From positions 1-64,000 of the forward strand of contig NIVC01003794.1 in assembly GCA_002269645.1 (NCBI GenBank): DNA of 64,000 nt, in the 5' to 3' direction. This stretch comes from Macrostomum lignano (lineage: Eukaryota). Positions 61,984 through 64,000 of this stretch are shown one piece after another; position 1 is the stretch's first letter, and the number at the start of each line of letters is the position of its first letter. The position numbers and the translations under genes were made by a program. Below the pieces are notes generated by a model, which was not told the origin of the DNA, did no database searches, and saw only the letters and a program-made list of their open reading frames with translations.

Positions 61984-64000
61984 TCTGTGCACAGATGTGA
62001 ATGCATGAAGTCAATATTTTTCCATAGTTCTATAATATAACTCAAACAAAATGCATCAAAGACATGGCGAATTCCAAATAACTGCCTTAAGGCAAAAATA
62101 TGCTTCAGTTTATTCTTGAATGCTCTGTTTGCATAAAAAAACTTTATTTAACTCCTATTATGTCAAAAAATAATATAGTGAATCATATTTATGAAATTAT
62201 TCATTACCTTTTTTTAAGTTTCATATCAACTATACTCTGACAATTTAATATTTAATAATATAAGGCTAAAGCAATTAAGACTAATTGCATAGTTTCAATT
62301 TCTGAATGCCATATTATTGACTTTATTGTTTAATATTCTGTGTTATCAATAGCAAATCCAGATAAGGCCAACTTTATAAAAGCATTTTTATCCTTTTAAG
62401 AATGGGGATAGTTTTTCCTATTTTAACAAAGATAAGTTTCCTGACTATGGAAGTGTGTCTATAGGGGGCACAATCTATATCAAATGTGAAATCTATAAGA
62501 AATGATGCTTAATAGAAAAAGACCTATATTATTATACACATATTTGGCCAGTTGAAAAATACTACATATGAGATGGTTTAACTTATCAATATATAACTAG
62601 AACTAAACTATAAAAAAAGAATACAATTTTCAAAATACAATATGCTAAACTTGCCATGGTTGCTAGTTAGATTATTATATTCTATTTTATCATATTATAT
62701 AATGAAGTGACAAGGAGCAAAGTAGCCATTAATAATAAATAAAATTGCATTGAATATAGATAACAATATATACAAAGCTATTTAACTAGAAATTTAAACA
62801 CTGTAATAATCTTCTAGTGAGAAAGTCACTAATAATAAAAAATGGATATCAAGTCTCAAATATTAAAATTTTTATCCAAAATCTAAACATTTCAAACTTT
62901 TACTTTATTTATAATTTTTCTGACTATAATTTGCTTAGAATAGACATGCTTAGTAGATAATGAAAATACTTCCTCAGTTAGGTTAGTATATGCTACTTAA
63001 GATAACAAAGTGACTAAAACAAAGGAGGAGAAGACAAGAGAGAAGAAGAAAGAAAAGGATAAGAAAGAATAAAATAAGAGAGGAAAAAGTAGAATATAGG
63101 AAAGGAGAGAAAAAAGAAAGGATAAAAGAAAAAAGAGGATAGGAAAAGAAAGGACAAAAGAGAAGAAGACAGAAAAAAAGAGAAGGAAAAGGGAAAAATA
63201 AATGGGATAAGAGAAAAGAAAAGAGAAGAGACATAAACCTAAATTAGGCCAGATTGCTACTATAAAGTTTCAAAGGGCTAAAGGACCCCTGCCCTAGATA
63301 ATAAAATGACAAATGGCAAAATGATAAAGAACCATTGCCTCTATATCTTGCCATGTATCAATTTACAATTAGTTTCCTCTATTAAGAACCTTATAGAGCT
63401 GACTAGGCCTAATATTAATGTCAATGATCATTTGTAACAAATAAAATATATTTATTCTTTTATTAATTAAATAAAGCATGTTAATATTAGAATTGAATTA
63501 AGCCTTTGCTACCCAGTGATGCAACTAAGGGAGGGTCACGGAGGGCCTGTTAGGCCATAGGTTCTCTACTATTTTAAGGCCTACTTTGGATTTTTAAAAA
63601 AAGAATTTGAAAAACCCTTTTTTCTTTTTAACAATTTTAATTTTAGAAACAATAGTTTACTATTAAATTTGAAGCCATACTCAAACAAAAACTTGTTAGG
63701 CCTTAGGGCCTAATCATTAGGATAGAGATGAATATAAATAGAATAAATTGTATAAAATTAAGATTAGAAGCAAGCATTGATCTTGTTGACTAGGTGCTCT
63801 GGCCTTTGTCTCTACCTTGCTTTATTCTTCTTAGATCCTTTGAAACTTATATCTTCTTTTTTGTTTCTTCTATTTTCTTTTTCTTATGTATTTTTTCCCT
63901 ATCTTTTCTCTCTCCATTCTCTTGTCAATATTCCTTCATTTTTTCTGTCTTATCTTTGCTCTCTTATCTTTCTTTTTTTCTACTCTTTGATAGTATTATA

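Overview
Eukaryotic animal genomic DNA. GC-rich spliced exons sit among about 40 distinct micro- and minisatellite arrays. The style (Ala/Gln-run proteins, introns as short as ~46 nt, repeat-filled introns) resembles a Macrostomum-type flatworm, but that assignment is inference. Six genes can be reconstructed by hand with phase-consistent GT-AG junctions. (1) The first coding exon of an alpha-neurexin (minus; signal peptide-LamG-EGF); the rest lies beyond the left edge. (2) An intronless orphan class A GPCR (minus). (3) A 3-exon, 308-aa orphan gene with a degenerate KH-like segment (plus). (4) A multi-exon type I membrane protein with an alpha/beta cytoplasmic domain (plus). (5) FKBP6/Shutdown (minus, 3 exons, 513 aa) with an extra R3H-like C-terminus, plus a decayed duplicate relic. 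(6) SNAP-25 (minus, 7 coding exons) with two alternative first coding exons. Mobile DNA includes an internally deleted Tc1/mariner element with 135-bp TIRs, hAT-type and TA-flanked MITEs, and a possible LINE relic. The most striking observation is an intron built almost entirely of tandem 46-nt GT...AG units joined by AG|GTGAG junctions (stacked mini-introns, possible recursive splicing). Most long ORFs in the supplied track are artefacts of simple repeats.
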